From Lama guanicoe (taxonomy: Eukaryota), in assembly GCA_013239625.1 (NCBI GenBank), contig MU053487.1, forward strand, positions 1,757,058 through 1,821,057: a stretch of DNA of 64,000 nucleotides. The letters run 5' to 3'. Under the pieces are notes generated by a model that was not told the DNA's origin, did not search any database, and was given only the letters and a program-made list of their open reading frames with translations. Below, in pieces: positions 9,941-23,748 of the stretch. Each line of letters opens with the position of its first letter. Position 1 is the first letter of the stretch. A program made the position numbers and the translations under genes.

Positions 9941-12900
9941 CTTCCTGAAGTCTTGAAACGAACCTCAAGACAAAGGTTGCCCTACCGTGTCCCTGAAGTC
10001 CAAGAATGGAGGGAGACTTTGAAACAATTTGGAGCATGTTATCATCTGGTTCCTTTCCCAAATAAATAAGAAATGCTTCATTCCCTAAAAGAAGCTAGAA
10101 ACATTCCATAGAAACAGTCTGGAAGGCAGAGGCCCCCTACCCCATCACAGTGTGGTCTGGGTGAGCTGCTTCTGTAAGCTGCTCCCGTAAGCTGCTCCCT
10201 GCGTTTCTTACATGCCAGACTTTCAGCCCTGTTGCTTAATGCCAGTAATACGATGTTTAGGTGTGGGTAGAAAAATCATGTAGGGAACTGATGACAACAG
10301 ACAGAATATAGCAGAAGAGTCTGTGTTCTTGAATGTCTTGAAAGTAGAACACCAGGAAGAGAACGTGGCTTCCGAGAGGAGCAGAAAAGGGGAAAGACAC
10401 GAACTTGAGTGACCCTTAGATGAGATTGGGTTAGAACTGCAGTGGAACGTTTGGTGTGGATTTGGGAAGCTGTGAGGATGCCTCTCACCTCTGCTGTTTT
10501 ACAAATCCCACTTCTCTTCCACATCCCCCCACTCCCAGCCATCTGCCGAATGACTCATTTTGGGTAAAAACCAGTTTCACAGCATAAAAATGACTGCAGA
10601 GAGAAAGGACCCCTCCCAAATGCACTGTTTGATTTGACATTATTTGTATTTCAGGCATAAGTCTCATATTTCATAGTCAGCATATATGAGCTTATGGATT
10701 ATAGCTAGCAAGCATTTAGAATTAGCATGTTAATGTTTACAAATCCAAATCTTGATAGGAAATAAAAACAGCATGATTCTGCTACCTAGCAGGTACTCAT
10801 AGGTGCTGAGAGAACGAATACGATGTGTGCCTGATTTTATGTCAGCATGCACGGGGAGTGTGTGTTTGTGGGAGAGAGAAGAGATTGTGTCAAAGTTTAA
10901 ATCATGAAATGAAAATCTCTCAGCCATCCAATGTAAATTTCAAAGAGAGCAAAACTGTAATTAAATGTTATGAAATCAAGTAGAAAGACGCCTTACCAAC
11001 CGATCCGCACCAACAAGTGAATGTACACGTTTTTTTCAAAGTTCAAACACCCAGGGACCCTGTCACAGACCCTTTGGGTCACTTGCAGGGAGACAGTGTG
11101 TTTGGATTTGTGTGTGCTTCGCAATATGGGAATTTCTGTAAATTTAAAGTCCCATCAAAACTCATTTCAAGTGACTAGTTTTGAAAGTGCTCAGGCAGCA
11201 GGGACTAACCAGGCCCTGAAAATCTCCTCAGATCGCCCTTTGTCCGTGTGACTCTTTCCTTCGGTCGTTTTAGTTGCTGTCTGAGTGCACGGCAGTGGAA
11301 CAGACTGGGGGCGTCCCTGGTGGGAAGGTGGACTCATCTGTGACACGTGTATGTTTGAAAATAGACCAGAGCCTCTGCTCCTTTCCTGACAGGGAAGCAC
11401 GGAACTTCAATAAACAGCAGAGTGTTAGGTTTTTGTCTTTTAGGAGAAATATTTCTTGTTGCAATAGCATATTGTTCATAATAACAGCTCCTAGTGAGAA
11501 AGAAGATTATTGCCTCTTTAATGTTGTTCTGAAACGCATTTGGGATGGGACAAAATGTACCTTAATGGAGTCTATAAATTTATTTAACCCGAGCAGTTGA
11601 GTAAACTTGACAGTGACTCCTGTATTTTCAGTGTGACTTACTAAGCAGTCAGTGTCAGTGTAACTGAGAGGGGTTTTATCTTTAAAAACCTTTTTTCCTT
11701 CTTTGTTCTTAGGATGATATTCCTCACCGTGACTTTTCCTCTCTTAGGATGGGCTGAGATGGGGAGTGGGAGCATCAGCGATCAGAGCTAAAGAAAAAAT
11801 TTGGTACATGAGTGTGACCAATAAAAGATGCTCATTTACAGACAGTGGGACTTTCTCTTTTTATCTGAAATTATCTTCCCCAAATTTGATGAGTTTTTTA
11901 AAAGGTGTATTTGTCTAATTACCCTGCATATAATTTCCATACATTTTAATATTTAAAACCCCATTCATCTCTGATTTTCTTTTTCTAGTCAGAGAAAAGA
12001 TGTATAGCCGATAATCACTCAGAGAAGCAATGCAAAAGTCTTTTACACTTGACAACTCAGTGGAAGTGATTGCACTCTGAATGTCTGTGTTAGTATGTTA
12101 CTAAGGGCAGAGGGGTAAATAGAGTTACACAAGGATTTAAGTGTCTGAGTTCTGTTAACATCAGTGGAAGTCACATGGATAAATCCTTGTGGAACATGCT
12201 GTTCTGAAAATATTAGCCTGGAAAAGGTTTTCTGTGGAAATGTTCATGTGTCTCTTTCATTAATTAGTCTAATTCTTTCATTTACAGAAATGGGAAGGAG
12301 AAGAATTAAGCTGGAATCAGGAGAAAGGTTAACACTATTAGGAGCTAGAATACATTAATTACGTTATTTTTAGGTCTGAAAATCTTACAGGTTCCCCAAA
12401 ACAACAAAGATGGCTAGGTTCCCTCTGTCCCCTTGGAGGTTCTAAAAGAGGGCTTATTCAACGTGTTTGAAATAGTTGCTTTAGCATTTTGCAGTTTTAT
12501 GTACCTTTGGTGTCGACACATCCATTTACTGTGCAGTTAAGCACCACCAGGATGCGGAGTAAGGGCAGAAAATCAGACAGGCCCCAGCATTATCTGTTTC
12601 CTTTGTCATCTGCAACAGAGAGTGGACAGCGTGGCTTGTTTAAAAAGAAAAGGGTTGCATTAAAGATAAGAAGGAAAGAAAAGTAGCAAGAAAAGCATAC
12701 AAACACATGCTTTTTGAAAACTCTAATGTCATTCCTGCGTAGTTTTCCTAAGAGAATTTGAACGCATTAGAAAAATCCGAAGAACCCAAACTGTTTGTTC
12801 CCAGGTGCTAGATTTGCCTCATGCTTTAAACCAAAGTCAATTAAAAGAAGTTAGGCTGTTTTGTGCCAAGAGTAGTCTTGACCCTCCCTCTTCCTTTTCT

Positions 12901-15900
12901 GTTCATTTCTTGTGAATTGGTTGCCAACAATTTCTGCTGTTACCTGTCACCTAGATATATGAGTGACCTCATTTTTCTTTAGAAACACTTTTTTAAAAAT
13001 TCCTCATGGTCTCCATTTCCTTCCCCTCTCCAAATCTGTTTTCTTATTTTATTTTCTATCTTTAATTCTTAACTCTATATACGTTCTCTGGACACCCCCT
13101 CTCTTTTTTTCCTTTTCCTTTCTCCTTATACTAAACAAAAATTTCACTCCAAGCTCTGGGTAGTTGGTGCTTTTCATCTCATGTTTTAGTTGTCTGCATT
13201 TGCCCCTTTATTTTAATTTATCAACCTCATTTTTTTTTCCATTCTACACCTTCCTCTCCACTAGGAGATAGAAGACTGCATTCTTCCAGAGATATGCACA
13301 GTCTAACATTCAAATGGCTAAGAAGAACGTGTTGTATTCTCCTCACATAGAACAGGAAGAGTTCCAGACCGTCTTTTGTTCTCGTTGCTATCCCTAGGGT
13401 CAGCGTGAAGTTAATCCTCAGGGTTTGTGACTTCATTTAGAAATCTGTAGTGGAAAAAAAAAAAGGTGTAGAGCATCTTCAATTATGTTATCTTCATCTT
13501 GCTTCCCAAATTCAAAGCTGCCACGGTACCCACACGAACAACAAAAAAAATACAGTTAGGCTGGTGTTTAAATGTGTCATTTACAAGGGGTTCGCTATTA
13601 CCTAAAAATGTTGGTGTTTTTCTAACTTTGAATAGAAAACAATGTGCAGACCACTCACGTTAAAGGACGCTACCTCCAAAGGACATAGCCCTGAGATAGG
13701 TTGTTCTTTAAACTTCTTGCTTTCCACTGTCTTCAGACGTGGCTGCTTTCTGAAGGGACACTGACATAAATTCAGCAGAACCAGTCAGCCTGGATTCACC
13801 GTATTCCTCCAGCTCTGAAATGCCCTTCTGTCCAAATGACGGCAGGTAAACGTGATAGTTCTGGGCCCAGGCAGGAGCGACGATCAATCACCCAGGAAGC
13901 CTGCAGGATTGTAGGAGCCTCGTAAAGTGGGTAGAATTCTAAAGGAGGCACAGTGGCTCATGTCCCTCTTTAAAACAGACGGGGGTCGCGTGCTTACAAG
14001 CAGGGTCACTGATTGATCCGCTGGTTACAGCACGATTCCACAACAGAGGCGAGTCTGCACATGTGTTCACTGGAAGAGCAGCGTGCAGCAGACTTCACAC
14101 TTCACACTTCGGTTCCTGTTCACATCCCTGAAGCCACCCCAGGCCCCCTCCCTGCCTCCATCCAGGCCCGAGTCCCAGGTGTCAGCCCGCCTCCCCTGGC
14201 TGCAGCGTGGATTTTGCTGTCCTTTCCAGGACTGCCACCCATCCCTACCTGCCTGCTGACATCCTCTCCCTGGTTCCCACACCATTTCCTGGAAGGCACC
14301 TGGAGACTCATTAAAATGGCATTTTTAACGTTCTCCCAGATGCTCTTGCTCTGTCGGGTTTTTTCTCGTTGTTTTTGTGTTTGAAGTAGGTCCAGAACCA
14401 CTGCACATTTTATGAGCCATTGGGTGTCCTAACAGTTTTCAAGAATAAAAAATGAGTGGCACAAAAAGAAGTCAGAATAGAGCCAAAAGCAAAATCCATG
14501 CCGGCTACTGGACTGGAGTGCGTACTTTGAGGGATTGTAAGAACAGGCGGTAGGATCTGTCCAAGCGGGTTTGCGTGCCTTTTTTCCCCGAAGGGAAACA
14601 ACTGGTAAACAAATATTACTCTAATTACTCATCTGCGAGTGGACAGTGTTAACTGGACTGCGTGATATCCTTTATAGAGGTTAGAGGGCTTGAGGCTCTC
14701 GTTAGTGAATTTTGATGAAATTTCCCCCATTGAGACCAACTAGATCTATCTGGTAGGAAAGGCTCAGTTTTTACTGGGGACGTGAGTCCAAGAGAGTAAT
14801 CCCAGGAAAAAAAAATATATCAGAGAGTAAAGCTCCTTCCTAGCTGGAAACGGATGCAATCGTTAGCAAAAAGAGAAAACAGTTATTTTGCGTGTATAAC
14901 TTTTTATAAATTGTGAGAATGACATAATACTTACAGCAAAGGAATTTGGGGGGAAATATACAAAATTTCCATGCTAACAGGACGATGTTTTTTTAAAATT
15001 TTTGTCTATTCTTTCTGTTTTTGAGCTTATGTCTATGCATGTTATAGGCACATACTTGTACTGGAGTCATAAATTGTGCCACCTTATTAATACAGCATTC
15101 TTATTTCTTGAGGGCACTGTATTATTTTATACTTGGGTGCAATCTGATTCTCCTAACAGTTCTGTGACACTGTATTTTTAAAGAACATTGTGTTTGCAGT
15201 TGACATGCAAGTTTAAATACAAAAAATTCAGAATAGTCTATAAAACCACTGCTAGGACTCGTAAGTGAACTGAACAATGTTAGGACAGGATATGAGGACA
15301 CAATATAGGAATCATCATGTTTTTATATACTGATGGCAAACAAATGGAAATTTAAAAATTCAGTTTGTAATGTGTGGCATATTGTAACAGCCATAATGAG
15401 TCATTCCGCTCCCAACCTTATAGTTCTGGGGGGTCTAGGACCTTGCCTCAGTCACCCGGGACCACTCGGGGAGCCCCAGACACCCCCAGATATCTTGCAC
15501 AGTAACAGCCGTTATAACATAGAATGTTTCCCAGAGCAGCCGCCGTATTCCTGGTTTCCTCCTTTGTAAGAAAGTGTTTGTCAGGGAATAACTCGGGCCT
15601 TCCAGCCTCTCATTTATCTGTCTTCTGTAACTGCCATATTCCAGGACTGTTTCATAACAAACTGTTGTTACTGGCTTCCCTGTTCTCTCCCCAAACAGGG
15701 ACGACTACATAGACGTTCCAGGGTATTTCTCCACCTTCTGTCAATTGCTTTTGTCTCTTTGGTTTCCCATTGTTGGAAAACAAGACAGCATTCAAGGAGC
15801 TCTCACTCTTTGAGTTGGAGCCCACCTCAAGTGTCTCTGTGGACGGGCCACACAGAGGAGATGGTTTCCTTGGCAACAGGACTGTGGGGAAAAAAAACGA

Positions 15901-16150
15901 CATGGCAACATTCGCTCCCCACCTCCCTCCCTGGTGCCCCTCGGCACTGCGTTGTCGGGCACAGAAGCTACACTTGAGACAAGAGTCAGTCACTGCTCCA
16001 GGTCCGTTTAGCCATTGGCTGCAAGACCCCACTGCCAACCACTTGCTCCGTTTTCTCATCAATGAAAACAGTTCAGCTGTGACATGGGCATCTTTCCATT
16101 ATTGCTTTTCTAGACACCTAAATAGAGAAAGGGAAATTGGGTTTTAAAAA

Positions 16151-16153
<3 letters not shown>

Positions 16154-16193
<40 letters not shown>
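16154..16193. repeat. (TG)20 microsatellite
   Basis: Direct reading. Confidence 0.97.
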
Positions 16194-16194
<1 letters not shown>

Positions 16195-16215
16195 TTGTCC
16201 ACATGAACTAAATTT

Positions 16216-16848
16216 TTTTAAACATTTTTTATTGATTTATAATCATTTTACAATGTTGTGTCAAATTCCAGCGTTGAGCACAATTTTTCAGTCATTCATG
16301 GACATATACACACTCATTGTCACATTTTTTTCTCTGTGATTTATCATAACATTTTGTGTATATTTCCCTGTGCTATACAGTGTAATCTTGTTTATCTATT
16401 CTACAATTTTGAAATCCCAGTCTATCCCTTCCCACCCTCCACCCCCCTGGTAACCGCAAGTCTGTATTCTCTGTGAGTCTATTTCTGTCCTGTATTTACG
16501 CTTTGTTTTTGTTTGCTTGTTTGTTTGTTTGTTTTTGTTTTTTAGATTCCACATATGAGCGATCTCATATGGTGTTTTTCTTTCTCTTTCTGGCTTACTC
16601 CACTTAGAATGACATTCTCCAGGAGCATCCATGTTGCTGCAAATGGCATTATGTTGTCGGTTTTTATGGCTGAGTAGTATTCCATTGTATAAATATACCA
16701 CCACTTCTTTATCCAGTCACCTGTTGATGGACATTTAGGCTGTTTCCATGTTTTGGCTATTGTAAATAGTGCTGCTATGAACATTGGGGTGCAGGTGTCA
16801 TCCTGAAGTAGATTTCCTTCTGGATACAAGCCCAGAAGTGGGATTCCT
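16216..16848 (-). mobile_element. 5'-truncated LINE-1 (ORF2 C-terminus + 3'UTR), relatively young
   Basis: CTPMFIAALFTIAKTWKQPKCPSTGDWIKKWWYIYTMEYYSAIK; candidate TSD aactaaattt (16206-16215) / aactgaattt (16849-16858). Confidence 0.93.
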
Positions 16849-17529
16849 AACTGAATTTAAGTGACTGGTAGCACTTATTTTTACGTTTACTTTTCGTTCT
16901 AAAATTTGCATAGTAGGTGTTTTCTGAACTCCAGCAAGATGTAATGGCATGTTTGGTGACTGGGGTGTAAATTAATGTGTTCCTTTGGCAGCACTTCTGA
17001 CGTACTTCTAAGGGTACTTCTAAATAAGCCCCTGTAAGCCTTTCTCCCCCTCTTAAAAATGGCAAGACAAATATAAGCACATGGATTTATAAATAGGTGA
17101 AGCCAGGGAGTCTAATTTCAAGACATCACTCAGCAAGTGTGGGGATCAACCAATGTGATTTCAAGTCCTAAGCTCTCGCTTTGCTCTAGGAAATCGATAA
17201 ACCCCCATCAGTCAGGATCTAAAACTCAGCCTCTTCCCAATCCACTTTCTCTCCCTTGTCTGAATTTTTTCCTTCCTCAGAACAATGATGGAGAATATGT
17301 GCATAGAGTTGTTGATTTCTAAATTACCCTGCTGCTCAGTTTGTCAGCTGTTGCAGGGTTTGTCATGTGTGGTAGGTTTTCTCTTCCTTTTCCAGGTAGT
17401 CGACACCTGTTCAGCTTGGAACTTTAGGAACTTAAAAGTTTGCCAATGGATTTAGTGTCTCTTATTCAGGGACAAATTCTCAGCACAAGTAGCAAAGATG
17501 ACAGAATTAGGATCCACCCTTTTTGTGTG

Positions 17530-17620
17530 TATGTGGCATAAACACCTGGCGTTTCTCTCTCACCCTCCTGGAGGTTGAAAGTCCAAGATCAGGTTGTCGG
17601 CAGGGTGGTTCTTCTGCAGA
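17530..17620. mobile_element. MLT1 LTR fragment
   Basis: ctggaggttgaaagtccaagatcaggttgtcggcagggtggttcttctg. Confidence 0.6.
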
Positions 17621-20600
17621 AATCCCCCCATTCTTTTTAAAGCCAAAGAATTGAAAAGAAATACGAAGTCCAGAAAACCTGCGTTCTTTGCCAAAGAGTT
17701 CTTGTAATGTTGACAAGATCCAATAGCCCATTGGATGGCTTTACGTCCCGCTGGCTAGAATTAAACAGAACAGAAACAGCCACCCTCAGATTGCTTTCCA
17801 TTTTGAGCCACTGTAATGTTGCAGGAAGTACATTATACCTTCAGGAACTAGATGGCTTCTATTAAACATCGCATTGTACCCGTGTGTGTTTATAAGTGGA
17901 GATTAAAAACCTGAAAAGGACGTACCAGGATTTGTTCAAGAGGCTGTGAAACACAGAGTAAAAAGACACCAAAAGCTCTCTTTCTTTTTTCTTTCCCCGC
18001 CTCTGTCGTTGTGTTTGCTGCTGGTTTGTGGTGACACTAACTGACTATAAATTATGTGAATCCGTGATGCCAGCTCTCGGCATCCTGCGAGCTCTCTTCC
18101 CGTTCCAGCTCACACTGGTGGCCCTGAGGGTCTGCGGGACTGTGGGGAAGACTGGCTCCTTGAATCCCATACATTTGCCTGGTGGTGACAGCCAGCACTT
18201 GTACAGCGACAACTGCCATCTGGCTCTTTCTGCTAGATTTGTAGCGGAAGCCTCTGCTGGGTACAGGGTGTGAGAGTCTCCAGGCAAGCCAGAACCTCTG
18301 TGAAACCACCACAGATGGCTTTATTCTGGGAGCTAACGGGCACGGGAGGAAGAGCAGGAAGCAGAAACATAAATCAGCTGGGGGTTGATGTCGGCTGGTC
18401 TTCAAGGGACTTGAGATGAATTTCACTGATTTATTAGGACCATTTTATGTAGCTGGACCAATTTGGGAGCGTTGTAAAAGCAAGTTGAAACTAAAGGCGT
18501 TAATGTCCCCATCACAAACCTGGGGGTATTAGCTCCTCTTCAGGAAAGGTGGTGACGTGATGTAAACGAGCGTTGGAAGGATGCGCATTCATCATTCTTT
18601 AATCACTGTTTCTCAAAGAGATGTTCCATCTGCACCAGGGTGGAGAGGGGAGCTTCTACAAACTGCAGAGTTTCCTGAGTTGCTGAGAGCTCAGCCACCC
18701 TTCTCCCCAAGGAGCGCTCGAGCACTCCATTTTTGTCAGGAGGGTGCATTTCTTCAGTGTCTTTAAAAGCTTTCTTCTGTATTTTAACTAAGTGCAACCG
18801 GTTCTCATGCTCAGATCAGCTTTTCCAAAATGTACTCTCAAGCAATTACTACGCCATTAATATTTAAGAACCACTGCCCTAAAGCCCGTCTACTTTGAGA
18901 ATTCCTCGGATTTTTCTTTCCTTCCCTGTTCTCTAAAGAAGCCTTGTGGGCAGGCATACCATTGGGTTCACATCAGGGGCAAGTCTCCTTCCGCATCTTC
19001 AAAGATGTGTATGTCTTCAGGAATGCTATTAACGCAACAAAAGTTCGCTTCCTCTGTGTTTAGGGATGTGTTCAGAGACGGTGAAGACGAAGAGGTGGCT
19101 GTGTGGTTGGGGTAGGCAAGGGACATGAAAAAAGTGACATCTGGCCAGCAGTTTTGATGACTTTTAAGGCAAAACTACTTATAAACTAGCCGCACGCCCT
19201 CTGTGCCTGCGTGGGTGTGTCTTGTTTGTGTGGCAACATGAGGCAGCTGCAGTAACTGCTTCCAGGAAGTCAGGGTCTTTCTGCTGGAGAACAGCCTTCC
19301 TGCTCCCCTGCTTCTCTCTGTGCCTCGACGCCGTCAGCAAAGTGGGTCTGTGGTCTAGTCTGCTTTTAAAGAGCATGTTTTAATCTTCTCTAAGGGAAGG
19401 ATAATCTAAGAGGAATTAAGAGCCAGTGTGATTTTTATTATCAAATGGTGGATAGTGGAAGCTGAAGTATCGTGGGTTTCCAGTTGGTGGAGCCTGGAAA
19501 GACTGGCACCGCGGCCACCAGAGATTTTCACATTGCAAGCAAGAACTTTGTTCAGGCCCATCATGAGTTCTGTTTGTACAGGTTTAACTTCCATGCGGTT
19601 CTGGAGTTGGGCGTTCATTGATAAGGCACGTGTCCACCCAGCGCCTAGTAGGGCCCGGCAGACACCCGGTGATGCCTGGAGACACACTGAAGCCACTTGT
19701 ATCATCCGTCCACAAATCTACTCGAATCTGTTGTGATTTTACAACATGTTGAAATAACAAAGAGCTTTTCCAAACACGGAGCCCTCGACACCAAAGTCAA
19801 AGTCCATGGTAACTGCACACCCACCCGCACATACAGGCGCAGGGAATGTAGGTCATTATTCTGACGTGTAAATTTTTTTTAACTCCTTAAATTGATTTTA
19901 CTGTTACACATAATGTTTTCCCCAAAAGTTAATTGTTATTTCTTCACATATTTTTAAGCTAAAATTACGGAGCTGTTCTGCTATGGGAAAGTTTTTATAT
20001 GTGTTGGTAAGCAGATAGACTCTGCTTTGAACACTGTGAAAACGGTGGTGGTGCTGGTAAGGAGATGCTGATGTTATTTCTCGGTGTTTACTTGTTTTCT
20101 CTTATACTTTCGATCAGTAATGATGGCAACAGACCCTGTGCACAGGTGTGACACTATTCACGTGTGACACACGGCTGTGATTCTCTTGTGTTATTAGCGT
20201 ATTGAACCGTCAGTCTGAAACTTTCAGGTCCTCATATGTTTTCTCTCGTTATAATGTCATCTTATGTCTGATAAATACCAGATTTGTGGAAGCCCAAGGG
20301 CTGGGGAAGGAAACCCCCCTTGACCTCTCCCTGCCAGTTGATCCCAGTTGTGTCGATGTAAACCTCACAGACCGGGCACACGGTCTATGTTTCTGAATGA
20401 ACAAATGGCAAAGTTTTCTAAGATAATAAGGCCAAGTGTTGGAGAAGATGGTTCTAGGTGTCTGACTTAACTCTCGTTTAAAGAGCTGCGTGTGTTGGGG
20501 TTTTGTGACGTCTTCATTTAGCATGGTCTTGACGGCCAGAAGTTTAAAACCAGGTTTGGCCTCTGGAGCCAAATAAACGATTGACGAGCATCGATCCCCA

Positions 20601-23284
20601 GGATCACTCAGTTCCAGTGGGGAGAGGTCATCGCTCCTCTGTCCCTCGAGGACTTCTCTGACTATATGTTACTGAGTCTACTGCTGAGACAGACCAGGTT
20701 CTCAGAAACTCTTTTGAAATACTTTTGAAATAACAACTGGAGAAGTGAGTCAGAGGACTCGGTAGGAGACGCAAATATAGCACCAACAATGAGACGCGGC
20801 AGAGGAAAGCCGTGCGGACACAGGTCTGAGATGAGTGGTGGCGTGGCTTTCTAAGCCTTGTGATTACACAACTAGGGGCGAGCAAACCTATCAGAAGGCC
20901 TCAGATGTAATTAACTGACGCACTTCGGTTGGATTAAAACCCCAACGCTGCCGACTGAGTGTTCTCACACTTGCATCATTCCCGCCCCCTCCCCCAGGAA
21001 GGTGGATGCTGGCATAACCGTAGGACAGCTCATCAGAGAGTCAGCACCTTAGTGTGACTCGAAATCCTGTGGAGGAAACCCTGCCCAGAACGGCAGATTG
21101 TGCCTCTGAAGAAGTTGTTTAAAAGTCTGGCTGTATGAGTAGCACCGCCTGCCTCTCGCTGACATGCCCACAGAGGGTGAGGGGTGGGTGATGTCTGTCT
21201 CCCCCACCCTGCTTTTCCCCGCGCAGTCACGTCCACGAGGGAAAAGAGCTCTTACCTGATCCTGTGGAACAACATGTAACTTGTCCAGTCACCACATGGT
21301 AACCCAGCAGTTCTGATTCGGTGATCACAAGTCCTTCAGGGATCACCATAAAATCTAATAAATTTTACAGAAATGAACATAATGCACTTACCCTGAGTCT
21401 GAAGTCGTAGCTGACATCAGCAAAAATGTGGAGGCCTGGGTAGGGGCAACCCTCAGTACCAGTCCAGGAATCATGTGTTAAGTGGTATCCTTTCCACATT
21501 TTTTTGTATCGCCTTCTAATATTTGTGGAAACACTCAAAAATTGTTCATTAACAGTAAAATTTTGCCCATGACTATTTTGTAGACCAAATAGGATTTTCA
21601 GAAGAAGTTGAATTGCTAAAGGTGACTAAAATAAAAAGGTAACATTTTTAAAAAATTTAACCTGTTTTAGGAAATTAAATGTTAGTGTCTGCTCTCATCC
21701 CATGAAAGAACACGGTAGAAGTTTTAACCTTTGTTGGTAAGCTAAGGAAATATAAGGCTGATGAAAAGAATAGTTTCAGTCCCAGTGAAACCTCTCAGAC
21801 ATACTTGTCAAGAAAAATTAGAGCTGTTTTATATGCTTATGTTGCATGATGAATAATGGCATTTTTAGAACTGTTTATTTTTAATATTGTGGCTTTGATT
21901 TTAAAAGCTGGTGGCTTGCACTAGAGATTAAACAGTTGTGGATGGGACAGTAGCGTGGGAGCAGATTTCAGCACGTCTCTTCTCCGTGGATTCCTTTTTG
22001 TTTTCTTTCCAAGGGCTGATGGATGCCCTCGGTTTTCCAGGTTAAACTTGGACCTTGAGATGGTTTCCTCCATGCATCCCCATGGCAAGATGGCAACGTA
22101 GGTAGAAGTCAGGAATTGATCTCAGAAAGGGGCACACCTGCATCCCTAACTCCAGGTGACCCTCTCAAACACAGTTTTCTTTGGTCACAAAAGAGGTCAG
22201 TAGGAGTAGAGAAACACTGAGCCACAAAGGGTCCTTAGATAATGGGTTTTTTGGGGAAGGGGATTAGTTTTCTGTTTGCCTATGTATGCATTGTGTTTTT
22301 CTAAATGGTTGTAGAGAGATTAATGTGAATTTACCACTGCTACTAAAATATTATGATCCTCTTGTTTGTATGTGAACAGTAGAAATATATATATATCCAC
22401 ACACAGAGAAATATTTGTACATACATACCTAGGCATACACCTTTTTATGTATATTTTTATAACTACTTATTGGGTTTCAGCAAGGAGTTTAACACTCATT
22501 ATTTCCAAAACCACTTCACTTCTCACGATCTGAAGTAACTGTCTTTTTTCTGTTGGTTACATACAAATCCACAACATCAGAATTAAAAAAGAAAATGATC
22601 CATTTAAGTAACTGAACTTAAGTTTTGGGTAGAAATTTTGAGGAAGTAATTCACTTTTCCCACCTTGCTAAACAGAGTCTATTGCTGAACATAACATTGT
22701 TCTTACCCTAAATATCCCAAGACTGTACTTCTTTTTGCTGATTTACGTGTGTCAAAATCCAAGCAGGATTGCCTTGGCCCCGTTTTTTTCTTCTACTCTG
22801 ATTTGGGTTGAGAGAGTGGTTACAGAGCTTGTTAGAAACGTGTCTGAGATTGATTCTGAGTGATAAATATGAAGCTTAGCTAGGAACGAAAAGCTTGGGG
22901 TTTCGTGCAGAAATGCTGTAACATGTGGTTAGCAGGGGCCTCTCTTTGGCCCTGGGTCCTTCTGTTTATCGCATAAGTGAAGCATCAGTGCCCTGAAAAT
23001 TAATCACCGCTCCTCCTTGTCACCTGGGCAGAGCTGGGAGACAATTTTGTGTGCTCTCTTGCCAAGAAACAAAGCTCAGCCATTCCAAGAAACAAAGAGG
23101 TGACATCAAAATGTAAATGAAAGTAGAGTGCTTTCAGTGCTTATTAAATTAATTGAGTGTAAGTGGTTTCCTCCTACTGAGATCAAAAATGAGAAAGATG
23201 GCAAAGATAAAAATTAGTCCTTTAAAATAGATGGGCCTCAATAATTATTATACATACATAATTTGTCCTGTGTAATGGAATATT

Positions 23285-23480
23285 AGAAGAACTGAGAAGT
23301 TAAGATGACCTGGCTTCAAATCTCTACCATTTATAGATGTGTGACCTTGGACAGGTTTACCTTCTGCCTCAGTGTTCTCACCTGTATAGCGACAATAATC
23401 CGGGGACCAGCTCATCGGTGTGATTCATGCAGTGGTGAGAGCAGACGGCTTACATTGTTGGCACTAAGTGTTTGATACAT
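23285..23480 (+). mobile_element. MIR SINE
   Basis: gacctggcttcaaatc...tgtgtgaccttggacagg...ctgcctcagtgttctcacctgta (MIR core). Confidence 0.7.
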
Positions 23481-23686
23481 GGGTCCCGATGACTCTGGGC
23501 ACCTCAGTGAGCCTGGAGAAGAAATGGGCACTGACTCTGAAGACTTTCTGCACTAAGGTATCTCTTTACTATGTAGAGGGAACATCTAAGCTCCAGTGCA
23601 GTGAAATGTTCCATTCATTGATCTTTCATTAGGAATTTAACTTTCTTGGTTTTAAATGCTTGTCACATAGCTGGAGTCATTTTTTA

Positions 23687-23690
<4 letters not shown>

Positions 23691-23747
<57 letters not shown>
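23691..23747. repeat. (TTA)19 microsatellite
   Basis: Direct reading. Confidence 0.97.

Positions 23748-23748
<1 letters not shown>

Noticed and set aside
17377..17400. Pyrimidine tract followed by CAG|GTAGTC as a recursive splice site
   Set aside because: The regenerated donor is weak and I found no supporting exon structure.
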